Part shown: positions 16,761 through 26,087 of the stretch, in pieces
How positions within the stretch are numbered: position 1 is the stretch's first letter
How the letters are laid out: every line of letters starts with the position of its first letter
DNA from: Alkalispirochaeta sp.
Lineage (GTDB): Bacteria > Spirochaetota > Spirochaetia > DSM-27196 > Alkalispirochaetaceae
Reading direction: 5' to 3'
Assembly (NCBI GenBank): GCA_965601925.1
Contig: OZ271854.1
Span: 2,080,001 to 2,144,000 of the forward strand
Length of the DNA: 64,000 nt
Notes under the pieces: model-generated
Told to the model about the DNA's origin: nothing
The model's input: only the letters and a program-made list of their open reading frames with translations
The model's database searches: none
Program-made: the position numbers and the translations under genes

Positions 16761-18205
16761 TCCCGAACCGCCTGCCGAACGCGGTGGAGGAACTCCTCGG
16801 GTGTAAGTCCGACGCGACATATCCCGCCGTAGACCGCCTTGAGAACCGCCGAATCACCCAACGATTTTTCCACGACGTCGCGCGCCTCCTTCTCGTCGCG
16901 TTCCGGGAGGAGGACCGCCAACTCGTCGGGCGTCAGCCACGAGAGGCGAAACACCCGCCCGCATTGCTCGGATAGGCGTCGCTCCAGTGCGTGTCTGAGC
17001 GGCTCGGTCCGATTGGTCTGTAGGTGGACGAGGGCGATGGAGAGCGGTCGGGCGAACTCGGCGGAGCGCTGAATTTCGTACTCGACGCGACGGATGAAGT
17101 CTCTCCGATTGAGGCGTGGCTCAGTCGCCGTTCCCTCGCTCGTATGCTCGCCCTTAAGCGACTGCACCAACAGCGTTGCTCGCGTGATATCGGTAATAGT
17201 GAGCGCTCGCCCGCGCATGCTTCCGGCGGTGTCGTTGATGGTAGTCGGACTCACCAAGTAGTACGACGGTTCGCCCTCGCGCTCGACGGCGAACGCGGCC
17301 TCGGACTCCTGTACGCCGTCGGCAAGCAGTACGAGGGGCACGTGCTCGGCCACCAGTTCCCGAAACGAGCGCCCCAGCACGTCGCGGCCGTCGGTCGAAC
17401 GAAGCTCGGGGAACAGCTCCGCCGCCGTCGGATTGATGTCGACGATGCTGCCGCGTACGTCCAATACGACGACGCCTTCCTGGAGCGTTTCGAACACTTG
17501 TGAGCGTCCGATGGGAGAGATGTCGAGGAGGTGCTCGCGGCGAAACACGAACAGGTACACGGACAACGTCACCATGAGGAAGAGCGACGTCGGGTTGAAG
17601 TTAACGAACGGGGGGACCTGCAGAACGTACAAGGCGCTCGCGATCCACGGAAACATCATGCCCGTGATCAACAAGATGTAGCCGCTGCGAAAACCGCGGT
17701 GCGCCTCGCTCATGCTCTCGATGATTACCACTACGCCTGCCAGGTACACCACGTACTGGTACGGCACGAACAGTATATTGTGGAACCACCGGTAGTCCGC
17801 GTCGATGAGCGTCATTCCCATGGATCGATAGAGCGTCGGTTGGCCGCGAAACACGTCGTGGAAATCGGAGGTGAAGGCGAGGACTATCGCAACTACCGGA
17901 ACGACGGTATGGAGTGCGAGGCGTACGCGGCCCATCTTCGGACGCCCTACCATGCGACGGCTGGATTCCAACCACGCCGCCGGGAGCACTCCGATACCGA
18001 TGAACTGAATATTGGCCCACATGAGTTTGGCACCGAGCGACGCGACGGAGATCTCCGCAGCATATCCTACCGTCCAGACCATCACTGCGCCTGCCGTTAT
18101 GAGAAGCGGTCGCGCCGGCGAACGCGAACGGTGTTTGAGGAGGAAAGCCACAACCATCACGGCTATGACGGTGTTTGCCAACAGAACCGCCGCGGCGACG
18201 CTCAT
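16757..18205 (-). CDS. HisKA_7TM-type membrane sensor + PAS + degenerate GGDEF-like domain
   Basis: 7TM N-terminus (W..GYAAEI...W.NIQFIGI), PAS start EGVVVLD..G.IVDINP, LNRRDF...RPLSIALV; GGDEF site reads LTPDEL. Confidence 0.78.
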   Translation of the reverse strand: MSVAAAVLLANTVIAVMVVAFLLKHRSRSPARPLLITAGAVMVWTVGYAAEISVASLGAKLMWANIQFIGIGVLPAAWLESSRRMVGRPKMGRVRLALHTVVPVVAIVLAFTSDFHDVFRGQPTLYRSMGMTLIDADYRWFHNILFVPYQYVVYLAGVVVIIESMSEAHRGFRSGYILLITGMMFPWIASALYVLQVPPFVNFNPTSLFLMVTLSVYLFVFRREHLLDISPIGRSQVFETLQEGVVVLDVRGSIVDINPTAAELFPELRSTDGRDVLGRSFRELVAEHVPLVLLADGVQESEAAFAVEREGEPSYYLVSPTTINDTAGSMRGRALTITDITRATLLVQSLKGEHTSEGTATEPRLNRRDFIRRVEYEIQRSAEFARPLSIALVHLQTNRTEPLRHALERRLSEQCGRVFRLSWLTPDELAVLLPERDEKEARDVVEKSLGDSAVLKAVYGGICRVGLTPEEFLHRVRQAVRD

Positions 18206-18235
18206 ACCGATCGTCCGGAAGAGAGGTAACGGCGC

Positions 18236-18805
18236 TTAGTTGCTGCGCGAGATGTACGCCGACGAGCCGGAGTCAAAGCGCGGAAATGAGGATATCTCCT
18301 CAGGTGAGTAGAGTTCCGAGAGGGGTTGCGGGTCCGGTCGGTAGTCACGGGATATTCCGGGAGCAAGTTCCCTACGCCATGCATATTTTTCATGATGGTC
18401 CTCGTATTGGATACGCTTGCGCACCGTAAGTTCCGGCCGCCCGTTCTCACCTTTTTGTACGCTGACGATACCGAACGCGCCGCGTCCGAGATATGCAAAC
18501 CGCTCATCGTCGGACAGGGTCTCGTCGCGACACAACGTCTCGATGACTTTGTCGAAGCGAGTCGGTTTCCCGGTGCGCGGGTCGGCGATCGCCGTCAAAA
18601 TGCTCTCGATCTCCTCACCCGAGATGGGACATGCGTCGTACTCGCGCACCGGAATCGGCGACGGCATGAAGTGTTTCTCCGGGTCAAATGGCGCACGTTT
18701 TTTCTTCTTACGACCGCGTCCCTGTCCTTGCGGTTCCCGTGGTTGGCCGTTTCCCCCGTTGCCGGGACGTCTTCTCCCGCGCGAACGGTTGTTTCGCTTT
18801 CCCAT
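18236..18805 (-). CDS. Conserved hypothetical protein (basic N-terminus), divergent from polA
   Basis: Clean ORF with CPISG..I...TAI and YLGRGAFGIV motifs; TATACT 6 nt upstream of ATG. Confidence 0.7.
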   Translation of the reverse strand: MGKRNNRSRGRRRPGNGGNGQPREPQGQGRGRKKKKRAPFDPEKHFMPSPIPVREYDACPISGEEIESILTAIADPRTGKPTRFDKVIETLCRDETLSDDERFAYLGRGAFGIVSVQKGENGRPELTVRKRIQYEDHHEKYAWRRELAPGISRDYRPDPQPLSELYSPEEISSFPRFDSGSSAYISRSN

Positions 18806-18870
18806 ACGGTAAGTATATAACGGTGACCGGGCTTCTGTTCAATCCTGGCCGCACCGTGATATAAAGCACC

Positions 18871-21750
18871 ATGGACGATACGCTGTATGTATTGGATGGT
18901 TACAGCGTCATCTACCGCTCCTATTTCGCCTTCATCAGAAGCCCCTTGCGCAACCCTCGAGGTGAGAACTCATCGGCGGTATTTGGCTTTTTTCGGACGC
19001 TCTTCGCGCTATTCAACGAATATCACCCCAACTATTTCGCCGTTGCCATGGATCCGACGACGCCCACATTCCGGCATGAAAAGTACCCGGATTACAAGGC
19101 CAATCGCGACGCCACCCCCGATGACCTACACGCGCAGATTCCCGTCATCGAGTCGATTCTCGCCAAACTCGGCGTGCCGACGTTGCGAGTCGACCGCTAC
19201 GAGGCCGACGATCTCATGGCGACGTTGGCGGTGCGCTGCAGAGACGCGGGGCGGCGGTGTCGCGTTATCACCGGCGATAAGGATCTTCTGCAGCTCGTCG
19301 ACGGGCCGGTCTGCGTACTGCGCCCCGGCAAACACGGCGTCGACGAGATGGACCGAGACGCGGTGTTCCGCGACTGGGGTGTGTGGCCCGAGCAGATCCT
19401 CGATTACCTCTCTCTCATCGGCGACAGCTCGGATAACGTTCCCGGCGTAAAGGGAATCGGAGCGAAGACGGCGGCCAAGCTTCTGGAGCGATTCGGCTCG
19501 CTCGAATCGATTTACGATAACCTCGATGAGATTTCCAGCAAGAGCTGGCGCACAAAGCTGGAGGAGGGACGTGAGAGCGCACAACTGAGCCGCGAGCTGA
19601 TTACTCTTGCATATGACGCACCGCTTCCCGATGATCCCGAGACGCTGCGTGTGGCTGCGCCGAACGTCGAGGCGGCCGCCTCACTGTTCATCGATCAAGG
19701 GATGCGCTCGTTTGTCGAGGAGGCGGGACTGGATCCCGCGTCGTTCGGCGCTCCTGACGGGGGAATGCCGTTGCCGACGACCGATACACCGACCGACGAC
19801 GCGGATGTCTCCGCCAACGACGAGGATGTCACCGCCGTTCATCCCGGCATGCCTCCCGGGGAAATGGCCCGCGCGGTGTTGTCGGCCGCCGAGCGAGAAC
19901 GGTTCGCCGCCGGCGGCACGTACGAGTTGGTGGATACCGCGGAAGCGTTGGATCGCTGGGTCACCAAAGTGCGCGAGGCCCGCGTCTTTGCCTTCGACTC
20001 GGAGACCGACAACATCGATCCGATGGAGGCGCGGCCCGTCGGATTCTCACTCGCGACGGAGGTGGGGGAGGGGTGTTATATCGCCCTTGTGGGCCCCGAC
20101 GGACCAGTGTTGGATGATGAGGTGGTACGGGAGCGATTGCGAGCGATTCTTACCGATACGTCGCTCAAGATGGTCGGACAAAATCTGAAGTACGACTGGA
20201 AGGTGATCGCCCGTTGGGGAATCGAAATCGAAAATGTCGCCTTCGACACGATGCTCGCCGCGTGGCTCGTCGATACAACGGCCAACAGCTACAACATGGA
20301 TCGCCTCGCCGAGGACTATCTGGGGTATACGACGATTCACTTCGCCGATCTATTCGTGACCGAGGAGAATGGAGGGGCCGGAACGCGGAGTTCGTCGCGC
20401 AAGAGCGGCCCCGACGACCGATTTACCGACGTTCCCCTCGACAAGGCGACGCAGTACGCCGCCGAAGACGCAGACGTGACCCTTCGCCTCTACCGCGTGT
20501 TGGACCGCTTGATCGATCGGCGCGGCGTGAGAACGCTCTTTGAAGAGTTGGAGATGCCCTTGGTGCCGCTTTTGGCGCGCATCGAGCTCGAGGGAATCGG
20601 CCTCGATGTCTTTGCGCTCGAGGAGTACTCGCAACAGTTGGCGCTCCAGATCGAGGCCGTCCAGAAGGAGATTTTCGATCTCGTCGGGCATGAGTTCAAT
20701 ATCGGGAGCACCAAGCAACTTCAGGAGGTCCTCTTCACCGAGCGTAAGCTCCAACCGGTAAAGAAGACCAAAACGGGCTACAGCACCGACAACTCGGTCA
20801 TGCAGGAGCTATCCAGGGAGGACCCCGTCCCGGAGCGCGTTCTGCGATACCGTCTCCTCACCAAACTGCGAAGCACATACGTCGATGCACTGCCGAGGTT
20901 GGTGAACCGTCGTACGGGACGTATTCACACGAGCCTCAACCAGACGGGAACCGCCACCGGTCGCATATCGAGTACCGACCCCAACCTGCAAAACATCCCG
21001 ATCAAAGACGAGGAGGGGCGGCGTATACGCTCGGCCTTCGTGCCGCGAGACGGGCGGATATTCGTGAGCGCCGACTACGCGCAGATCGAGTTGGTCATTC
21101 TGGCGCACCTGTCCGGCGATCCGGCGTTGAGCGAGGCGTTCGTAGAGGGCGAGGACGTGCATCGTCGCACGGCGAGTTTGATTTTCGGCATGGATCCGGC
21201 GGAGGTGTCGAGCGAACAGCGCCGAATCGCCAAGACGATCAATTTCGGCGTCATGTACGGCATGAGCGCCTTTCGGCTATCTAACGAGCTCGGCATCCCG
21301 CGCAAAGACGCCGACGCGTTCATTACCGCCTACTTCGGTACCTATAGCGGTATACGCCGTTTCATCGACGATACGGTGGCGGCGGCGGAGAAAAACGGCG
21401 AGGTACGCACACTGCTCGGCCGACCGCGTCCCCTGCGCGACATCACCAATCGCAACCGCACCATCAAAGCCGCCTCGGAGCGGATCGCGGTCAACACGCC
21501 GATACAGGGCAGCGGCGCGGACATCGTAAAGCGGGCGATGCTTGCCATCGACAAACGCATCCGCGACGAGGGGCTCGCGGCGCGGCTCGTCCTCCAGGTC
21601 CACGACGAGCTCATCCTCGAATGCCCCCGATCCGAAATCGACCGCGTGCAGGCGCTTCTCATGGAGGAGATGCCCACGGCCGTTCCGCTTTCGGTGCCGC
21701 TGCGCGTCAGCGTCGAGACCGGCGAGCGGTGGGGAGATATGCACGCGTGA
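18871..21750 (+). CDS. polA: DNA polymerase I
   Basis: 5'-3' exo LDGYS..YRSYF, EADD, GDSSDNVPGVKGIG; 3'-5' exo FDSET; polymerase SADYAQIEL, KTINFGVMYG, QVHDEL. Confidence 0.99.
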   Translation: MDDTLYVLDGYSVIYRSYFAFIRSPLRNPRGENSSAVFGFFRTLFALFNEYHPNYFAVAMDPTTPTFRHEKYPDYKANRDATPDDLHAQIPVIESILAKLGVPTLRVDRYEADDLMATLAVRCRDAGRRCRVITGDKDLLQLVDGPVCVLRPGKHGVDEMDRDAVFRDWGVWPEQILDYLSLIGDSSDNVPGVKGIGAKTAAKLLERFGSLESIYDNLDEISSKSWRTKLEEGRESAQLSRELITLAYDAPLPDDPETLRVAAPNVEAAASLFIDQGMRSFVEEAGLDPASFGAPDGGMPLPTTDTPTDDADVSANDEDVTAVHPGMPPGEMARAVLSAAERERFAAGGTYELVDTAEALDRWVTKVREARVFAFDSETDNIDPMEARPVGFSLATEVGEGCYIALVGPDGPVLDDEVVRERLRAILTDTSLKMVGQNLKYDWKVIARWGIEIENVAFDTMLAAWLVDTTANSYNMDRLAEDYLGYTTIHFADLFVTEENGGAGTRSSSRKSGPDDRFTDVPLDKATQYAAEDADVTLRLYRVLDRLIDRRGVRTLFEELEMPLVPLLARIELEGIGLDVFALEEYSQQLALQIEAVQKEIFDLVGHEFNIGSTKQLQEVLFTERKLQPVKKTKTGYSTDNSVMQELSREDPVPERVLRYRLLTKLRSTYVDALPRLVNRRTGRIHTSLNQTGTATGRISSTDPNLQNIPIKDEEGRRIRSAFVPRDGRIFVSADYAQIELVILAHLSGDPALSEAFVEGEDVHRRTASLIFGMDPAEVSSEQRRIAKTINFGVMYGMSAFRLSNELGIPRKDADAFITAYFGTYSGIRRFIDDTVAAAEKNGEVRTLLGRPRPLRDITNRNRTIKAASERIAVNTPIQGSGADIVKRAMLAIDKRIRDEGLAARLVLQVHDELILECPRSEIDRVQALLMEEMPTAVPLSVPLRVSVETGERWGDMHA

Positions 21751-22367
21751 GCGACCCTCGACCCATCGTGATAGGGGTCGCGGGTAAGTATTGCTCCGGT
21801 AAGGACGCGGTCACGCAGTGGCTTCTCGCGCGATCGTGGCGGGAGATCAACGTAGATCGAGTCGGTCATGAAGCGCTCGCGACGCTCCACAATCGAATCG
21901 TCGCCGCCTTCGGACGAACCATCGTAGACGCTCACGGAAAGATCGACCGCTCGACGCTTGCGCACATCGTCTTTTCCGACCGCGCCCAGAGGTTGCGCTT
22001 GGAGGAGATCGTGCACCCCTGGATGCGCCGGCGCGTTCGCGAGGAGATCGACATCTTTCGCGACGACGCGGCACGAGGCGATGAAGCGGCGCGGGGACTG
22101 GTCATCAATGCGGCGCTCCTCTTCTACATGGGGCTGGACGCCGCGTGCGACGCCGTCGTGTTGGTGCGCGCTCCCGTCTGGGTTCGTCTGCGTCGAGCCC
22201 GGAGGCGGGATCGCTCATCGGTATGGCGGACGCTGCCTCGACTGTGGGCTCAGCGTCAACTCGACACTCAAGCGTTGCGATCTACGGCCGACACTATAAT
22301 TGTGGAGAACGGTGGTTCGCTCGAGTCCTTACATGCGCAACTAGCCGAGTTACCGCACCTGCAGTAG
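21747..22367 (+). CDS. coaE: Dephospho-CoA kinase
   Basis: IGVAGKYCSGKD P-loop, IDRSTLAHIVF...LEEIVHP; GTG overlaps polA stop. Confidence 0.9.
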   Translation: MSDPRPIVIGVAGKYCSGKDAVTQWLLARSWREINVDRVGHEALATLHNRIVAAFGRTIVDAHGKIDRSTLAHIVFSDRAQRLRLEEIVHPWMRRRVREEIDIFRDDAARGDEAARGLVINAALLFYMGLDAACDAVVLVRAPVWVRLRRARRRDRSSVWRTLPRLWAQRQLDTQALRSTADTIIVENGGSLESLHAQLAELPHLQ

Positions 22368-22392
22368 GGCGTACAGGAGAACGGATAGAGGT

Positions 22393-23127
22393 ATGGAACA
22401 GAATAAGGTTCTAATGGTTATCGTCTCGATGGCGATTTTCTTTGCAGCGATCGTTGGCGTCGGCATTGCCCTCCTGTATCCGCGGAGTGACACCGTCGCC
22501 GGCGAGACCGCGAGCGGGTCGGTGCGCGAGTTCGATCCGATTGAGTATGTCCGTCGTCCCGAAACGGCGCCGCTTGTCCCGACGGACGAGACCGACGAGC
22601 CCCAGATCATCGTCTACGGCACCGAACCTGAAGGCGTGGTTCTCGATGCTCCCGAATCGCTCGGCGTGCGCGTTCCCGACGTCTCGATAGAGCGCGACGA
22701 GGGCGGCGTAGTGTCCGATCCCGAAATTACGATCATAGAACGTCCCGCTCGCGAGAGCACTCGGCGAGAAACGGCCCCGGCGGCTTCGACCGATACCACC
22801 CGCGATATCGCCTCACCGCGCTCGACGCCGGAGCAGCCGTCCACGCCGCGTCCACGGCAGATACGAGTGACCGAGTATTGGATTCAACTCATCGCGTCGC
22901 CCAATCGCGACCGGGTGGAGCTGGCGCGAAGTACGCTGGCCGACCACAGCCTCGGCGGCCGGGTTACCACCCGGGACATCGACGGAGAGCTCTTCTACCG
23001 TTTGCGCGTCGGCCCCTACGCGAGCCAAGAAGAGGCAGAAAAGTTCCTCGAATGGATTACCGATATTGACGGTTTCGAAGAAGCGTACGTAAGCGAGGAA
23101 TATCCGTTGCGCTCGGTAAACAGTTAG
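22393..23127 (+). CDS. SPOR domain protein (N-terminal TM, cell division/peptidoglycan binding)
   Basis: TM anchor, low-complexity linker, YWIQL...YRLRVGPY SPOR motifs. Confidence 0.88.
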   Translation: MEQNKVLMVIVSMAIFFAAIVGVGIALLYPRSDTVAGETASGSVREFDPIEYVRRPETAPLVPTDETDEPQIIVYGTEPEGVVLDAPESLGVRVPDVSIERDEGGVVSDPEITIIERPARESTRRETAPAASTDTTRDIASPRSTPEQPSTPRPRQIRVTEYWIQLIASPNRDRVELARSTLADHSLGGRVTTRDIDGELFYRLRVGPYASQEEAEKFLEWITDIDGFEEAYVSEEYPLRSVNS

Positions 23128-23183
23128 TTAACTCAGCGCCTATCCCTGGGTAGTTGTCCGCCACGTGTGCTACAATCGGTAGC

Positions 23184-24887
23184 ATGTGGCGGCACATATT
23201 CACAAAAATCGGTCTCGTCGGTCTTGTCATTCTGGTTCTGGTCTCTTGTGAGGCGGTCAACGACCTACTCGGAACGGGAGATGACGACGATCAGGAGCTA
23301 CCGGCAAATCTTCAAGTCACCGACTGGTCTCAGTCGCGTTACAACGAGATAGCGCGCGTAACCGGCTCGCGGCGAATCTCGGTCCCCTCGAGCCATGCGG
23401 GCGATTATCTACTCTACGTGGTGACGAACTCGGGCTCTTCAAACGCTGTTGTATCGGTTCCGTATGCGTCGAACCCGGCGAGTATCACATCGTCGTCGAT
23501 ACTCGGAAGCGACGTAGCGCCTGAAAGTGAAGCCGGGCGAGCAATCGCGGGATTCCCGGGACAGTTTGACGAACTAATTCCTGTCGGGAGGCCTTCCTCC
23601 TCGATGGTTGGAGCGTCGAGTTTGACGGCTAACGCGGCGGTGGGTGATACCTATACGTTTGCCGCCGCCACCGGGAACAGAGAGGCCAGGCTGGAAGTGC
23701 AAAGAAGCGACGGAACGTGGAGCCTCAACGTATGGTTACACACAACCGATCCCTATACCGTTACTTCCGAGATGCTGAATGCGGTGGCGGATCGTTTTCT
23801 GATGACCGGCGCCGACAACGACATCTTTGACTGGGTAACACCGGTGTTCGGCGATCCGTGGGGAACCCATCAATACTCCGATATCATCGGGCAAGATCGA
23901 CGCGACATTCACATTCTACTCTACGACATAGATGGCGATGGTGTGCCCGGCCCCAATGAAGGACGAGTCGTCGGGTACTTTTGGTCTAAGGATAACTTCT
24001 TAGAGGGTACGACGTTTTCTGATCCCAATGTTCCGAGTAGCAATGGGCGTTTGATGTTTTACATGGACTCGGCGTTGCTTTCGGACGACAGCGATGGTGA
24101 TGGGCTATGGGAGCTTACGGATACCTGGCCGGAATCGATTGTTTCTACATTGGCTCACGAGTTTCAACATATGATACAGTTTTACCAGCGTGTCGTCATC
24201 GTGAGTCCCGACGCCGTATACAGCACTTGGCTGAACGAGTTGACGTCGGAGGTAGCGGAGGATCTCGTCTCGAGACGACTCGGTACTCGGGGGCCTCGCG
24301 GTGTCGATCCCGCCGACGGTACGGCAGGATCACCGAGTAACTCCGAGGGGCGTATGCCGTGGTATAACGCGTTCGGCGACCAAACGAGCCTTGTTTCGTG
24401 GAATGGTGATATTCAGGATTATGCGGCCTCATATGCCTTCGGCGCGTTCTTGTTACGAACCTTTGGTGCCGAGTTCTTTCACATTCTTCTTACGGAAACT
24501 CCTGCCGATTCCAGTGTAGTGGATTACAGCGTATCGTCCGTCACACGCGCCGCCTCGTCCTTAGCCGGCCAGACGATTAGCATGGAAGAGTTATTGCGGC
24601 GGTGGGGCGTGGCGATCGCGGTATCAGATGATACGAGCGTACCGCAGGGATATCGCCTCAATCGTAACGGGTTTATCACAACCTCCGGTGGTGGGGTCAG
24701 TTACTCCGTCGGTTCATTGAACGCGTATAACTACGGAGGTTTTTGGTACGGGTTCGGTACCGGGTCCGTTGAAATCGAGGACACTGCAAATGCTTTCTTC
24801 ATCGGCGGTATCGTCCCCCAAGGCGGTGTGAATCTCGATTTCTCGCTTCCGACGGGCGTCGAGATAACCGTTCTCACATGGGACTAA
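23184..24887 (+). CDS. Lipoprotein zinc metallopeptidase (M30/hyicolysin-like)
   Basis: Lipobox LVSC; LAHEFQHMI zinc motif followed by WLNE; ILLYDI...VVGYFWSKD. Confidence 0.85.
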   Translation: MWRHIFTKIGLVGLVILVLVSCEAVNDLLGTGDDDDQELPANLQVTDWSQSRYNEIARVTGSRRISVPSSHAGDYLLYVVTNSGSSNAVVSVPYASNPASITSSSILGSDVAPESEAGRAIAGFPGQFDELIPVGRPSSSMVGASSLTANAAVGDTYTFAAATGNREARLEVQRSDGTWSLNVWLHTTDPYTVTSEMLNAVADRFLMTGADNDIFDWVTPVFGDPWGTHQYSDIIGQDRRDIHILLYDIDGDGVPGPNEGRVVGYFWSKDNFLEGTTFSDPNVPSSNGRLMFYMDSALLSDDSDGDGLWELTDTWPESIVSTLAHEFQHMIQFYQRVVIVSPDAVYSTWLNELTSEVAEDLVSRRLGTRGPRGVDPADGTAGSPSNSEGRMPWYNAFGDQTSLVSWNGDIQDYAASYAFGAFLLRTFGAEFFHILLTETPADSSVVDYSVSSVTRAASSLAGQTISMEELLRRWGVAIAVSDDTSVPQGYRLNRNGFITTSGGGVSYSVGSLNAYNYGGFWYGFGTGSVEIEDTANAFFIGGIVPQGGVNLDFSLPTGVEITVLTWD

Positions 24888-24890
24888 ACG

Positions 24891-25322
24891 ATGAGACACT
24901 TTCACCTATCGGCACTAGCGGTCGTTCTCGCCGTTGTCTTATCGGCGGGTAACGCGACGGCGCAAGGGCGCCGAGAGGCGGATGTGCCGGATGAACCCGA
25001 TCCGGCCGCCGTCGAGATGACGATTCGCGCAACCGACGGCGGCGATGTTGCCGAGGGTAGTTCCGTCGTGGTCGTCGGAGAGGTGACGCGCGTCGGTAAT
25101 GAGCCGTTCGTCACCACCGTCGTGCGCACCGCGGCGCCCGAGGATTTCGTCACCGGGAGCGATCCTCGCCCCGTCTGGGTGATCGAGCTCACCGGCGGCC
25201 TCGTTGAGGAGATCGAGCGATCCTACCAGGAGCGGATCGTCGTCCTCGAGGGCGTTCTGGAGGCGTTGCCGGCCGGCGTATCGTACGGCAGGTTGCGGGT
25301 TGATACCGTCACGCTCCCATAG
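24891..25322 (+). CDS. Hypothetical exported protein (OB-fold-like, GEVTRVGNEPF motif)
   Basis: Signal peptide; starts 3 nt after peptidase stop. Confidence 0.65.
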   Translation: MRHFHLSALAVVLAVVLSAGNATAQGRREADVPDEPDPAAVEMTIRATDGGDVAEGSSVVVVGEVTRVGNEPFVTTVVRTAAPEDFVTGSDPRPVWVIELTGGLVEEIERSYQERIVVLEGVLEALPAGVSYGRLRVDTVTLP

Positions 25323-25399
25323 ACGAACCTTCGCCCGATTTCGCAATGTATCGGGCGGCCGACGTAGCGGTGCGGACGTGTGAGAGGCGCTGAGGCCGT

Positions 25400-26044
25400 A
25401 TGATCGGTCCACTCACGATCCTCCTCACCGGTGAATCGGGAGCCGGCAAAACGGTCACGGCGTCCCGTCTCGTTGCTGCGCGACCACGGAGTATCGTCGG
25501 CGTATTATCGGTCTCGGAATGGGAGGAGGGGGTGCGACGCGCCATCGTCGCGCATCTTTTACCCGACGGCGCGGCCGTCGCCCTCGCCCGTCTGGCCCGT
25601 CCGGTCGTATCCTCCCGAACCATCCCCCCACCACTCGACGATGGACTCGACGACGCGGGCCGGCCCGTGGTCCGATTGGGTCCGTGGAATTTTTCGGCCG
25701 ACGGGATCGAGCGGGTCAATCGCCATCTCCGTCGGCTCGCCGACGCGCAACGACCCGCAACTCCAATGCACGGAATCGTGATCGATGAGATCGGCCCCCT
25801 GGAACTTGTGCACGGCGGCGGCTTTTTGACCGGGTTGCATGCAGTCGTGAGCGCCCGGTTGCCGTCGATCATCGTGGTGCGCCCGTCCCTCGTGGAGTCG
25901 ATCCGCACCTTGCTCGCTGCGGCGGGAGGAGCCGATACCCCGCCCCGAGTCGCGGTGGCGGAGATCACCCATCCGACGGAGAGTCCTCGCGTTTGCGATG
26001 CTATTCTTGCTATGCTAGACGACTCGGACGCCGGCACTGTGTAG
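25400..26044 (+). CDS. THEP1-like nucleoside triphosphatase
   Basis: LLTGESGAGKT Walker A; IVIDEIGPLEL Walker B. Confidence 0.8.
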   Translation: MIGPLTILLTGESGAGKTVTASRLVAARPRSIVGVLSVSEWEEGVRRAIVAHLLPDGAAVALARLARPVVSSRTIPPPLDDGLDDAGRPVVRLGPWNFSADGIERVNRHLRRLADAQRPATPMHGIVIDEIGPLELVHGGGFLTGLHAVVSARLPSIIVVRPSLVESIRTLLAAAGGADTPPRVAVAEITHPTESPRVCDAILAMLDDSDAGTV

Positions 26045-26087
26045 CGACGGCGGCGTGAGATCGTCATTCTCCCGGAGGTACGACGCG

